Shown: piece after piece, positions 47,901 through 59,824 of the stretch
Position numbering within the stretch: position 1 is the first letter of the stretch
Layout: each line of letters starts with the position of its first letter
Source: Zygnema circumcarinatum SAG 698-1b
Lineage: Eukaryota > Plantae > Zygnematophyceae
Direction of reading: 5' to 3'
Length of the DNA: 64,000 nucleotides
Assembly (NCBI GenBank): GCA_037447605.1
Contig: CM074804.1
Span: forward strand, 5,061,909 to 5,125,908
The notes under the pieces: model-generated
Seen by the model: only the letters and a program-made list of their open reading frames with translations
Database searches by the model: none
Told to the model about the DNA's origin: nothing
Position numbers and translations under genes: made by a program

Positions 47901-49506
47901 TCCTGCAGGGCAGTGGGTCAACTGGTCGATGCCCCCTGGGGATTCCCCTGCGCCGCTGCTACAGCAAGCGTACCAACATGGCCCCTTTGTGACGCGCTGC
48001 TCTCCTCTGCAAACGTTTCAGCACCTTCCTTCCTCTGGGCAGGAGATGCCTTCAGTTGTTAAGGCAGAGGAAAGTGGAGGGAGCCTGCCTGCTGCATGCA
48101 GCAGTGGAGGGTTGCAGATGGGTCAAAACTTTGATGGCTTGCTGTTTCATACCGGGTCGGGAAGCAGTGCTCAGCTTCAGCAGATTCAGCAGCAACAACA
48201 ACAGCAACAGCAGCAGAGTCAGGTCTGCGCTGATATGGAGCTAGACGATATGATGGGAGTTTCGCACGATGAAGCGGTGAGGGCGAAGGAGAAGGAGCTT
48301 CAAGAGTGTCTCACAGATGGAAAAGGATGTGAGGGCCCCTGTGTGGGAAGGGGACCAACAGCTGCCACGCGGGGCTCCTTGCTGCAGCCGCCCCCTCCCA
48401 TGCTTCCTCTCCAACAGCTGCTGCCTGGAGGGCTTCCGCCTCTCCCTCTCCCACAAGGAGATGTCGCTCGACCGAATGACATCTTTACTTTCCTGTCTTC
48501 CAAACAGAGCCTTGCAGTGCAAGTTGGAAGCACGGGAGAGGGAGGTCTGGGAGATTTAAGCAAGTGTTCCAGCAGGGACTATCCGACGGAGTCTGCACCT
48601 CAGCAGCAGCTCCTTGTGCAGCCGATGTATATCGAACCCCCTCTCAGTTTGAATGGGGCTCTGACAGGTGCTGTTTTGCAGCAGCCTCCTCCTCCTCTGA
48701 ATGCAGGCCTCCAGCAGGCACATCTGGGGGCCCCTTTGCAGGGGCTGAGCAGCCAACCTGGATATTTGGGGCCCGCGCTGAATCCAAAGTCAGCGGAGTC
48801 GGACCTTCTGGCAATGCCCGGAGGCCCTCCTGTTTCTATGCAGGAGTCAGTTTTGAAAAACCAGGCGATGCTCATGTTCCGTAAGCTCACGGAGCAGGCC
48901 TACCTGCAGCTGCTGCAGAGGCAGCTTCAGCTACAAAATGTTGATACTAGGAATATTGTACAAATGAGAGAGCTATGCAATTTGATTCAGGTCATGGGGA
49001 CTCCGCCCCACGCGGTTAATGTGAATAGTTATCATCCGCCCTCTCCGCAAGTAGATACTCAACTGACGGCACAGATTTTCAGCGGGGCAGCCGGTATTCA
49101 AGCCATGGCCGCTCCACTGGCAGGGCAGCTCAGCATGGAACCGGCATTCGAGGTAGGCCCGCAGAAGGGAGGCGGCGGGCTGCCTGCAAGCGTGATGAGT
49201 TCAAGCAGCAGCAGCGGGAGTGCTGCGGAGGCGCAGGAGGCCGACAGCGGAGCCGTGAGCGCGAAGGGGAGGTCCCCTTCAGGGTCCTCCTGCGCGCCGC
49301 CTCCTCCTGCTCCTCCTCCTCCAGCAGCGGCGGCCTGCGGTGGGAACTCTCGGCCCTCTGCAGAGGGCGGCGCCGGTCTTTCGACGGTGCCGAAAGTTTT
49401 GGAGGGCATTGCCTCGGCCATTCAAGCGCTGACGCAGACATGTGATGAGATATTGATTCCGCAGTGCATAGCGAGCGCGAGATGGGGAGGCAAAAGCTCC
49501 ACCTGA
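44937..49506 (+). CDS. GARP/G2-like MYB-CC transcription factor (divergent PHR1/PHL-like) with long Q/P-rich C-terminus, 5 exons; start codon uncertain
   Basis: PRLKWTKQLRESFKAAVAELGGIGKATPKRILDVMATPGLSLWQ|VKSFLQKYR; coiled coil EETLKMQMDVMKDVQLLLQEQCIMQ|AQIEKQ; last exon is ORF 47122..49506. Confidence 0.82.
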
Positions 49507-50460
49507 TGGGGAGGGAGGGAGGGAGGGAGGGAGGGAGGGTGGGTCGGAATATTGTATACAGTGTGCATGCCCGTCTAGCCAGCAGTCGCGCTGTAGGCTA
49601 GCGGCGAGGTGGGGGGTTGATAGGGGCGTGATAGTAGTAGGCTTATCTGTGTCCTTGCTATTTGGTAATTCGGAAGCGCGTGGCCTGAAGGCGTGCTGTC
49701 CACCTTGCATTATTTATTCCTTGTTTGCCCCTTTAACTGGCCTTAGAACATAATCTGAAAGCTGTGCCTCCAAGCTGCTCGCGTCGCCCTGTCCGCCCAT
49801 TTTGCGCGCGGGCGCTGACTCATGCGACCTAATCGCAGTCCTAATGTCAGTCAGTCAGCCAGTCAGTCAGTCAGTCCTTATTTCTCCTTTTTTCCCGCCA
49901 CAAAGGCCGTCTGTCTATCTGCCTCTGCCCGCCTCGCGGGGAGGGCCACTCCCCGAACGGTTCTCTCGGCAGGGGGATGACGTGGGCCGCTCGCATGACG
50001 TCATGGGCGGATCCGCGGCTCCAAGCCTTCACCTCCGCCACGTGGCAGTCCTTTCCCGCTGTACGGCCCGCCACGCGGCGTCCCCACGCGGCGCAGCCCC
50101 GGACGGGCGGGGCGGGTGCTAACCGCCAGATCGCTTGTCGCGACACGGCGCGCTTGCCGCAGCGGCTTGCCGACCCAGCGCCCGTCCCGACAAAATGTCC
50201 TATGCGGGCCCCACCACGATCCGCGCCGCTCTGCACGTGCGGGGCTTGCGGCCAAAATCTCATTGCTGGTCGGTGGATGCGAAGTGAACTGAAATTAAAC
50301 ACGACGGGGAATAATTGTTTGATGTTCAATTGCATTTGTGTTGGATTCGCATTTGAACAAGGACCTTGTTCAAGAGAAAAACAGAAACCTAAAGAAGAAA
50401 CAGTTGAGGTTGAGAAATCGAACAATTTTTTACATTTTCTTTCTTACAATATTTTTTCTT

Positions 50461-50510
50461 TTTGTCCATGTACATTTGATGGCCTCGCCATCGTGAGATC
50501 AATGCCACTT
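50461..50510 (+). repeat. Shortest 3'-end copy of the RLE-type LINE
   Basis: TTTGTCCATGTACATTTGATGGCCTCGCCATCGTGAGATCA is identical to 32844-32884. Confidence 0.75.
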
Positions 50511-50616
50511 CCTCCTCTCTTTTTTACTTAATTGTTCAATGTTCATTTGAATAAACAGAAAAGTTGCAGTTGAACAGGCGGATCGGATGTTTTGCAACGT
50601 GAGAATTTGAGCATTA

Positions 50617-50759
50617 GGGCCGGTCAGACTTACAAAACGTCAGCATGCGTGTTCGTGGGTTTAATACCTGAATGAGTACTCTTGTAACATCGCGATCCTC
50701 GTGCGGCGGAATACTGTCGTAACCATTTTTTTCGTAACGCTTTTCGTAAGATTTTGTTA
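50617..50759. mobile_element. Family B MITE, right TIR lost
   Basis: GGGCCGGTCAGACTTACAAAACG...ATGCGTGTTCGT...GAGTACTC...GTAACAT.GCGATCCTC...GATTTTGTTA is colinear with 3321-3463. Confidence 0.65.
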
Positions 50760-52140
50760 TTCAATGTTTTACTGGATTCGCATTGAACATGGCCACATGG
50801 GCTGCTTTCTCAAAAAAAAAAAAAATTGAAACATGAAGCAAAAACTTTTATTTTTTTGAACTGCAGTTTTGAAAGTTTACTTTTTTGAGAATCCAAAATC
50901 TGTTAATATCTTTTGTGTTCAGCCAAATCGGCAGTAGGCGCTGCGCTGGTCGCTAACGACGAGCGGCGCCGATCGTGCGAGCCAGCCCGGCCCCTCGAAG
51001 GCTCCTCCGCCTGCCGCCCGGGCGGGCCCATGCTGCGGTCTGGTCAGCCAGGCAGTCAGCCAGCTAGTCAGCAAGGAGTGCCGTACAGGCGATTTTCCCG
51101 TCCGAAACATGCTTGCACGCTGCATGTTCCAAATCGTACGGTTTTCGTACGGCGCTGTACGGCAAGGCGCCACTCAATACAGTACTGTAGTGCGCGACAC
51201 GGCCGCCGCGGGTTTGGGCCCTTCCGCGGCTCGCCGGGGGCTCGTCCGAGCAGCGCTCTGCCGCGCGCGGGGCCGTCGGATCCATTTCCGCATCGGACGG
51301 TCCGCGGCGTCCGGGGAATCTATCTCGGCCCCATCCGGGATCTCCAAGAAGCCGGGGTCGGCCTGGAATCTCCCTCCCTCTCCCTCGCCCGCCCGCGCGC
51401 CCCGCAGAGGCTGTCAGGCCCGCGGGTGGGCGGGAGGCCGGACAGTGACGTCAGCGCTCTGGACAGCCATAGCGGCATTCGCGAGGCCTGGAGGGCGGTG
51501 TCGGTTTGTTCGTACGCGTTCGTACGCGTACGCGCGGGCGGGCGGGCAGGTGGCAAGTGGCGCCAGTGGGCTCGCGGCCAATCGCAGCGCGGGACACGCT
51601 TGCACCGCACGCGCGGGCCGACGTGGCGCCAGCTGGCGGCCGCCGGCCGTGCTCGCAGCCCGCGCGCCAAAGCTTCGCTTTCGGGCGGGCCCGCGAGAGG
51701 GAGATAGGGACAGCGAGCAAGCTGCCCGCCGAGGGGCAGAAAAAACAAAAAAAAAAACACAAAAAAAAAAAAACTAAAAAACAAAAAATTACGGGAAAAA
51801 AAAAACCGAAAAAAAAAACTGGCCGCTCATGCGCACGGTGAGACATGGAAACGCGCAGTTGCTGAGTGCGTGAAGCGAAACCGAACTGAGACTGCGTAAC
51901 GGAGTGTCAGCGTGTGTACGGATACCGTACAGGACCATCGGACGGGGCGTGGCGGCCTTGCAGGGAGGGAGGGAGGGAGCAATGCCGGACGCCGCGGGAT
52001 CCCTTAAGACTGTTGCTGCAGGACACAGCATTCAGAGAGGGGGTTAGGGAGGGGGTACCTTACTCCCCGACGGAGAGAGAAGAGGAGCTGGACCCCGGTC
52101 TTTCTGATTCCTTCGTTTTGGATATTGTGTTGTCCGGTGA

Positions 52141-52144
<4 letters not shown>

Positions 52145-52180
<36 letters not shown>
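52145..52180. repeat. (AG)n microsatellite
   Basis: About 18 AG units. Confidence 0.95.
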
Positions 52181-52184
<4 letters not shown>

Positions 52185-52467
52185 GTAGGCGCAAGGGACG
52201 CGCTGTTAGCAGGTGTATGGTCTCACAGGGGTGAGTGCAGATCTAGGGTCCTCCGGGCGGATTTGGGTAAACTGTAAATATAATAATCTTTGCTTGATTA
52301 ATTGAAGACCTAATCCTCTCTGAATATCCTGTTACACGAACCTCGCAGGCAGGCAGGCAGCTAAGCAGCCTAGCAACGAGGCAGGTAGGCAGGCGCCTGT
52401 ATGAGTAGTAACTAAATTTTCAGACACTTTTGTTTGTAGGCATCCGTGATTTTTGTCATTTTTTCAC

Positions 52468-52590
52468 CATTGGCGGATTCAGGAGTTTTGCTCAGAAAGC
52501 CGGGAAGCCCACTTTCAATAAAAAAAAGTTTCATTTTCGAAATCTCAAGGAGAGCTAAGCCCCTCAACTCGTATAAGTAGGTTCGCCCTG
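52468..52590. mobile_element. 123-bp hAT-type MITE
   Basis: Degenerate TIR CATTGGCGGATTC / GGTTCGCCCTG (CAGTGGCGGAT-like) with a perfect 8-bp TSD TTTTTCAC (52460-67 and 52591-98). Confidence 0.7.
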
Positions 52591-53487
52591 TTTTTCACAT
52601 TGCTTCATGCAAATTGTGCCGACGCCATGCCGCGACATAGTGCCAATTCACGCATTCTTTTTGAGCCCATATTAATTCGGTAAACTATGGTAATCCGTGA
52701 CGTAGTTTAGGCCACACTATTTTTTCGGGGTTTGGCCTGCACTAGGTTTGAGCGCACACTAAATGCCCACCCAACGTAAATGCAATGGCCGATGTACTGC
52801 ACCGCGACTCCAAACCTCCCTTTAATTCGTCATCGACTTTATCATTGTTTTTGACTCCTACACCCTTTCACAATTCAGTAAAAGTTGGCTACTTTTGTTC
52901 GTTTTCTAAGTAAGACTCGAGATTCCGCTGCAAGCGTTTGGTTCCAAGATTTCATCATGTTGCGAGTCCTCGTTGCCCATCACTGCTCAAACTAAACTTT
53001 GTCAGCACGGCTCACGAAGGTCCGTAATAGAAAGTCATAAAAATCGTGTAATTCTACTATTTCTTTGGACAATGTTGAAACACTGGTATCAAAACGTGTC
53101 CACCAAAAATACAAATCGATATGATCTTGCAATTGATTAGCAAAGCCCCTCTCCGTTTCCGTTATATAACAAGGCCGACGGGAACGCTCAACTTCCAAGC
53201 CTTTAGATGCCGATTGCTTATTGGCGGAGTAAATAAACTCCAAAAAATGTGTTGCTGGGTCCATTGTGACCTCTTCAGCATTGGAACCCTAAAAGTCCTC
53301 TCGAGGGCCAACCCTAAAATTCTTGAGTGTTACGACTCAGCATTGCACTACAGCGCCATGCAACAATCCTAAATATCCTAACTTAACTAAAAGATTACCA
53401 CTAGCACGTGCCAGAACGAGCAGGCCGATCATCGCTGCTTGGACACACCACGGAAACAAAACGAGCGGACATTTTCTGGAGATCCGG

Positions 53488-54678
53488 CTACAAGTGCTCA
53501 ACAAAGAGGAAAACAAAGCCCCCCTCATAGTGTTCGGGCCCATGCGTGGTGGAACTCTGACTCCTTCTTGAAGGCCACTCTGCTGTCCAGCTGTCAGCCC
53601 CTCCTTCACTCTCGGTCGCAGCATCCCTGTGCTCGCCGGGGAGCCCCTCCGCCATGGCCGGCACCACCTTCACCGCCATCTGCGCTGCCCCGAACGCCTC
53701 CAGCCAGCTCTGCAGAACCGCCATAGATCGCACGGTGTGCGCGATCACACACGTGCCGTTCGGCCGCCTCAGCCGCCGTCGGATCACGCCCACCAGCGGC
53801 CCCACATCCGCCGCCTGATAGATCACATCGCTCGCCACAATCACCTCAAAAGTGGATCCTGGATCCACTCGCGGAAGCGCCTCCACCCTCCCTCTCTCCG
53901 CGTCCCCCTCTCCCTCCGTTAAAGGCATTCCAGCATGGTCTCCGACTCTGCCGTCTTCGTCCCACTCCAAGTAGCGCACCCGCACAAGAGAAGATTCCCC
54001 GTTGCTTCCTCCCCGATACTTGAAGTCCCAATCTCCCTTCCCCTCCTCCCCAGCCTCCGAACAGGGCTGCGCTGGGAGGTGCATGGCATTCGCCTTCAGA
54101 TTCTCCAACAGAGCAGGAACGCAGTCGGTAACCGTCACCTCCGCCGCTCCGAGCTTCGCTGTAAGGAGCCCGCAAAGGCCGCAACCGCTCCCAAGCTCCA
54201 GAACACTCTTCCCGCGAACAAGCTCCTCCCGCCCTGCCACGTGGCGCGAAAGGAGGACAGCTGTCCCCCACACCTTCCACCCTAACCCAGCCTCCCCAAA
54301 GCCAATCTCTCGCAGCTTCACTTCCCGCGATCCAAACCTAAAAACCTTAACAGAGGGTCCGGCAGCCATGGGGCCGCTGCAGTTCGCCAGGGCGGCAGCG
54401 GCGGAATCCACGATGGAATCGTGCGGGGAGGAGAGGAGGCGGAGCAGCACGTCCAAGCCGCCATTCTCGATTACCTCTGTGACGTAAAGGTTGCTAGCTG
54501 CAGTTGCACGCGCGAGAAGGTGGGCGGCTTCCTCCACGCGATCTGCGGGATGAGCGCCTGCGGGTGGTTTCAGGATAGAGAGCCACGTGGCAACATTCTC
54601 GGTCGCCACGTCAGGCGAGTCGCAGGAATACTGCCAGAAGTCCCACTCCGCGCCGCCCCTCGCCTCGCTCGCCGCCAT
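53488..54678 (-). CDS. Intronless protein-lysine methyltransferase-like (Methyltransf_16; METTL21/EEF2KMT group) with an N-terminal ARM repeat
   Basis: GLGWKVWGTAVLL, KSVLELGSGCGLCG, VTVTDC, LEW, FEVIVASDVIY; N-terminal VIENGGLDVLLRLLSSPHDSIVDSAAAALANCS; ATG at 54678 in GCCATGG context. Confidence 0.85.
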   Translation of the reverse strand: MAASEARGGAEWDFWQYSCDSPDVATENVATWLSILKPPAGAHPADRVEEAAHLLARATAASNLYVTEVIENGGLDVLLRLLSSPHDSIVDSAAAALANCSGPMAAGPSVKVFRFGSREVKLREIGFGEAGLGWKVWGTAVLLSRHVAGREELVRGKSVLELGSGCGLCGLLTAKLGAAEVTVTDCVPALLENLKANAMHLPAQPCSEAGEEGKGDWDFKYRGGSNGESSLVRVRYLEWDEDGRVGDHAGMPLTEGEGDAERGRVEALPRVDPGSTFEVIVASDVIYQAADVGPLVGVIRRRLRRPNGTCVIAHTVRSMAVLQSWLEAFGAAQMAVKVVPAMAEGLPGEHRDAATESEGGADSWTAEWPSRRSQSSTTHGPEHYEGGFVFLFVEHL

Positions 54679-55152
54679 GGCGCCGCTCGCCTCCCTCCCT
54701 CCGAAGAACCGCCGCCGCCAGAACATAGGCGACCCGCCGCACTTGTACGAACCGTACAAACGGACAAAAGGGGAGCTCCGCACCGTGGGCAGCGCACTTC
54801 CTGCCACGTGGCTCAGTTGACCAATCCTGGAGGTGGTATGCCGTACCGTACGAACATTTTTTCACGAATGAGTCGTTCCAATGTTTCTGTAACACTAGCC
54901 GTCTAACTACATAGAACCGGCAGTTGCACGGCGCCTCGTTGAACGGCTGCTCCATGAGGAGTCGGAGAAGTTAGGGTTGCCCCCCCCCAGGCCGGCCTGC
55001 GCAGAAGAAGGGACGAGCGGCAAGGCAAACCCTAAAGCTGTGGGGGCGCGCTCGCTGTCGGACGCCATTGCCTGCGGTTCTGCGAAGCTCACAGGCGTTT
55101 GGGCGTCGCGCGTTTCTGAGGGAGCGCTACTGGGGAGTGAAGGTCTGCAGCC
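54679..55152. promoter_or_regulatory. Compact bidirectional promoter region (methyltransferase / SLU7) with G-box, CCAAT and telo-boxes
   Basis: Divergent ATGs 475 bp apart; GCCACGTGGC at 54803-12, CCAAT at 54821, TTAGGGTT at 54971, AAACCCTAAA at 55027. Confidence 0.55.
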
Positions 55153-58100
55153 ATGGCTACTGCTTCAGGTAATAAGTCGTCTTTGGTTTCTAGAGACGAG
55201 GAGGGAGCTCTGCGGCAATTCGTAATGGACGTGATGTGGAAGCGCGGTGCTGTAATGTGTCAGTTAGGAAAGACTCGTCGGAAGAAAGACTGACGTAAAA
55301 TGCTTTACAATTGTGCAGCTCAATTCAAGTCGCGAGAGGACCATAGGAAGCAGATAGAGTTGGAGGAAGCGCGTAAGGCTGGGCTCGCTCCGGCTGAGTT
55401 GGATGAAGATGGAAAGGAAATTAATCCTCATATTCCGCAGTATATGTCCTCTGCGCCGTGGTATCTTAATGCAGAGCGTCCTGTAAGTGCTTCCTTTTGC
55501 AGTTTGGCCGGTTAGCCATTGAAGTATTTGGCAAGCAAATTCTTCGAGATGATTATATGGAAGTTTTGAAGCTTCTAAAGCGTCAAACTGTATGATGTCC
55601 TCGGTGCTCTATGCTGAATACTAAGGAAAATAGCTGATCCTTTGCAGCCACTGAGCGTTGTTATGGTTCCTATTTGACAGGAAGATGTAACTCTTAGTCC
55701 TCTGCTGCTGCTTCTGCTTGCTGGGTATACAGAGTTTAAAGCATCAGCGGAATTGGAAAGGTGAGGGGAATTACACCAAGGATTGGTACGATCGTGGTGC
55801 GAAGGTTTACCAAGCTGAAAAGTATCGGAAAGGCGCCTGCACAAAGTGAGTGGATTCTTACTGTTGTATAGAGTTGGACGACAAATCCAGCTGAGAGGTC
55901 TAAAAATTGATCTGGGATTTCTTATAGCGCTTTGATGCATGACATGTTCGTTCCTGTGTGCTTTGGTATGCTGGCTTCGTGCTCGAGCAACTCTATATTT
56001 GATGTACACTTTCATTAGGTGCGTGTTTGCTTTGTGACGTAATTCTTTGGCTTTGACAAACGTTGAGGTAGCAGTTCTGAGGGGTTCAGTGGTCTTTTGA
56101 AAACGAGACTTACATGCGACTTTGTTTGTACTGTGAAGTACGTAGCTGTTGAACAATTTATGTTTGCACACTCCATATATCACGAATCACGTCGATCACG
56201 TCGTCCTTTGGTGTGGTAGATTTCCCTCACCTCTCATCCAGACACCTTCGTTTGTGCTGTTCAGCTGTGGAGCAATGACTCACACCGCAAGCCTGTGCGT
56301 TGAGCGGCCTCGGAAGATTGGTGCGAAATATACCAGTAAATACATAGCACCCGATGAGAAAATAGAGCACTTTGAACTGAACTTTGAAGGCAAACGTGAT
56401 CGGTGGAATGGATATGATGCATCAGCTTACTCAAGAGTTATAGACCAGTATGAAGTCAGAGATGATGCAAGGCGAAAGTTTCAGAAGGATCAGCAGCTGA
56501 AGAAGTTGGCGGAAGGGAAGGACGGGGAGGAAGGGAAAGACAAAGATGAGGATGGAGCTGATGATTTTGCGGAGGAGGATGAAGCAAAGGTGGATGAAAG
56601 CAAACAGATGGATTTCGCCAAAGTCGAGAAGCGTGTTCGTACGACGGGTGGAGGGAGCACAGGTTCTGTAAGGTAAACGTCCTATTTTCAGGAGTGGTGC
56701 CGTTTTATCTATTCTTATTTCTTAAAAAAGAGTATTGGGGCCTTTTTTCCCATGCCATAGAAGAACCGCACTGGTGAAGCTTTGCTCAATAAGGATTTTC
56801 GAAATCTTTGTATTGCACTGTGTACTTGAGCTGAAATAAGACTTTACGTAATACATGGTTTACCACTGCTTTTGTGCAGAAACCTGCGTATTCGAGAAGA
56901 TACTGCAAAGTACCTTCTGAACCTGGATGTGAACTCAGCGTACTACGATCCTAAAACGCGTTCCATGCGTGAGAACCCTGATCCTGAGGGCAAGAACTTT
57001 TACTTGGTAAGCATGGACAACCTGCTTGGCAGGCTTTTGCATTATTAGCATCAAATCGACTGTTTGATCAACTAATTGGCTCGTTAAGCGTGGTTGGAAA
57101 ATACTTAGCAGCCGAGATCATTTCTTGAGCTTGCCCTTGCGCATCGGTGCAGGGGGACAATCACAATCGCCTAAGTGGGCAAGCTTTGGAGTTCAAGCAG
57201 CTGAATATCCACGCGTGGGAGGCGTATGAGAAAGGGCAAGACGTGCACCTGCAGGCTGCTCCCAGTCAGGCAGAACTGCTGCATCGTGCCTTCAAGATAA
57301 AGAAGGATTCCTTGCAGAAACAGACGAAGGAAGAGTTACTAGGGAAGTACGGCAATGCAGCAGAGCAGGAGAAGCTGCCTGAGGAGCTGCTGCTAGGGCA
57401 GACAGAGCGGCAGGTGGAGTATGATCGTGCAGGCCGTGTCATAAAGGGACAGGTGAGCGCAGTACGAAGATGGAATTGGTTGCATGGGAACTTGCTTGTG
57501 CTCTATAAATGCCTGCCAACAAGCACACGGTCTGAGAGGCAGATAAAACCAGCTTCATGCTGCATTTTGGCAGATTTGTCACTACTGTAAGATTGCTCTT
57601 GTCCATCCTTTCAATAACTGCGTCATGCCCCGGTCATTTAGCGACGATCAGATTCCCACTTTCTAATAACTTTCTTTGAAATTTTTTGCATTCGCTGTGC
57701 AGGAGAAGGCCGTGGCCCGCAGTAAGTATGAGGAGGACGTGTATGTGAACAACCACACCTCTGTGTGGGGGTCGTGGTGGAGGGAGGGTCAGTGGGGCTA
57801 CCGCTGCTGCCACCAGACGACCCGCATGAGCTACTGCACGGGGCAGGCGGGCATCGAGGCGGCGGACGCGGCGGCGGACCTCATGCAGGCCAACCTTGAG
57901 CGCAAGGAGCAGGCAACAGGTGCTGCACGCACTATCAGGGTTTGGCTGGGAAGAGGTTTTGAATGGATTTTTTCATCTTGTTTTGTTGTTTCTATTCGAT
58001 AAATAAAGTTCATTATCTAAATGTGGAGGGCTTGCTCTGGCAAGGAGGGTAGGTTTGGTCTGCGTCTGACTTTGCAACTGAGAGGGATTTGCAGAGAAAC

Positions 58101-58903
58101 CTGCGGAAAAGGTGGAGAAGAATCTCGCTACATGGGGCACGGAGGTGGCGGAGGACATTCAGCTGGACAAGAAGAAGCTGAAGGCAGCCCTGAAGAAGGT
58201 ATGTTGCGAAGCCTTGTCCGCAGGGCGCAGGCAGAGGGGCGGAAGGGAAGGAAAGAGGGAGGGAGGCGTTGTTTGGGTCTAGGATCTGCTTTTAGAGGGA
58301 GTCAGGAGCTCATATGCATCCTGCAGTGGTTGTCGTGCAAGGCCCCCCTGGGTGCAAGGGTTGATTTCACCATTGACCAGGCTGGTCGTCTGTGTTTTGT
58401 TGTAGTGTTCGTTGTTTTCCGGAACGCCTTCAAATGGTTTCACAGGGCAGACTGAGTGCTCTTTCTTACGTATTCGGTGGATGCAGGAAGGGGAGCGACT
58501 GAAAGAGGAGAAAGATGAGCGGAAAAGAAAGTATAACGTAACGTATAATGATGAGGTAAGCAGGATGTGATTCTGCATATTTGCCGCATTGTCTCTATTC
58601 TTCGGTTGCCTTGGCATGCCCGGGTGAGTACGGACGGCGGACTAAAAGTATAGACACCAGCATCTAAGTATATCCAGTTGTGTCTGGCACTAGAGGATGA
58701 GAAATGATGCCATCGTAGGAGGAGCGCAGCAGGGCGAGTGCTTGTGCTTCCTGAAGTCTGCTGATAATCCTTGGTCTTTTTGGCTGGATGGTCCTTCTTC
58801 TGTCCCTCAGGTGACTGTGGAGGATATGGAAGCCTATCGCTTGTCGCGGACGCATCACGACGACCCCATGAGAGACTTTTTGGGAAAGGATGTCGATTTG
58901 TAG
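55153..58903 (+). CDS. SLU7: Pre-mRNA splicing factor SLU7, multi-exon
   Basis: MATAS|..[48 protein letters not shown], zinc knuckle C..|[23 protein letters not shown]|[53 protein letters not shown]....DDPMRDF. Confidence 0.97.
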
Positions 58904-59302
58904 CAGCCAGGAACGGTGAACTATTGCCGCCGCTGCCCCCCTCGGTGTTTTTTGACCTGGTTCTACTCGAGAGATCCTGACAAGCCACGTGGTAGAGATT
59001 CAGATCTCTCGATTGTTTCCCTTCCGAAGGAGTCCAATGGAGTGTCCTTGTCCATAGCTTTCGTGTATATATCCAAACATACTTTTAACGAGCAATGAAA
59101 ACGGAGGCTTCCCCTTGTCATCACGTTTTCTACCGCCTGTTCCTCGTTCACGATGTCTTTGCTGGTGAGCTCCGGGAGCTCTGGGGGTGGTCATGATGCG
59201 ATGGAGGAGCTTTGGCCGTTATCTTTTAGGCAATTTTATCTGATATGGCAGCCTTCCTCGAAGGGCTTTTCCCATTCTCTTTTTTCTGTTGCCCTCTACT
59301 AA

Positions 59303-59453
59303 GGGTTGTCAGACTTAAAAAATCTTACGAACAAAAAAGTTTCGGAAAAAAAAAGGTAAAGGAACGGTACTCCGCAGCAGCAATATCACGATGTCACCAG
59401 AGTACTCGTTCTGGTCTCAAACTCACGAACAACTTTTTAAGTCTGACACCCCC
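59303..59453. mobile_element. Family B MITE, inverted relative to 3321-3478
   Basis: GGGTTGTCAGACTT / AAGTCTGACACCCCC; internal GAGTACTCGTTCTGGT is the reverse complement of ACCAGAACGAGTACTC in the 3.3 kb copy. Confidence 0.65.
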
Positions 59454-59824
59454 TACTGGAGTAACCATAGTTCCCACTTCCCATCAAGCTCTGCTGAAGA
59501 GGGCATAGAAGAGGGCAGGCCCGATGACACTGCCGCTAGGAACATCTGCAGGATCAAGTCTGCAGATACGTGGGAAACGCGCAACGTGCAATGCCACTCT
59601 GCACAGAAGGATCACACTGGGGGATACTGAGGGATCACGCTGGATACTGATGTACATGGGGGAATGTGATAACAATGCCGCACTTTTCAGACCTATGTTG
59701 GACTGCCGTTTCCTTCTCTAAACCTAGGAAAAAAAAACACGACCGTCCTGTGACAGCTAGCCATATTCAGACTACCAAAGAGTGCGTGAACTAAATATCT
59801 GACTTTCCAAAAATTGGACTGCAT

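Noticed and set aside
50913-52234. Several 100-260 aa ORFs
   Set aside because: GC-island ORFs running into poly-A and (AG)n tracts; no domains or consistent exon structure.
52992-53264. 90-aa ATG-initiated ORF downstream of the ARM-methyltransferase
   Set aside because: Protein-like composition but no recognisable homology; may be 3' UTR or a decayed fragment.
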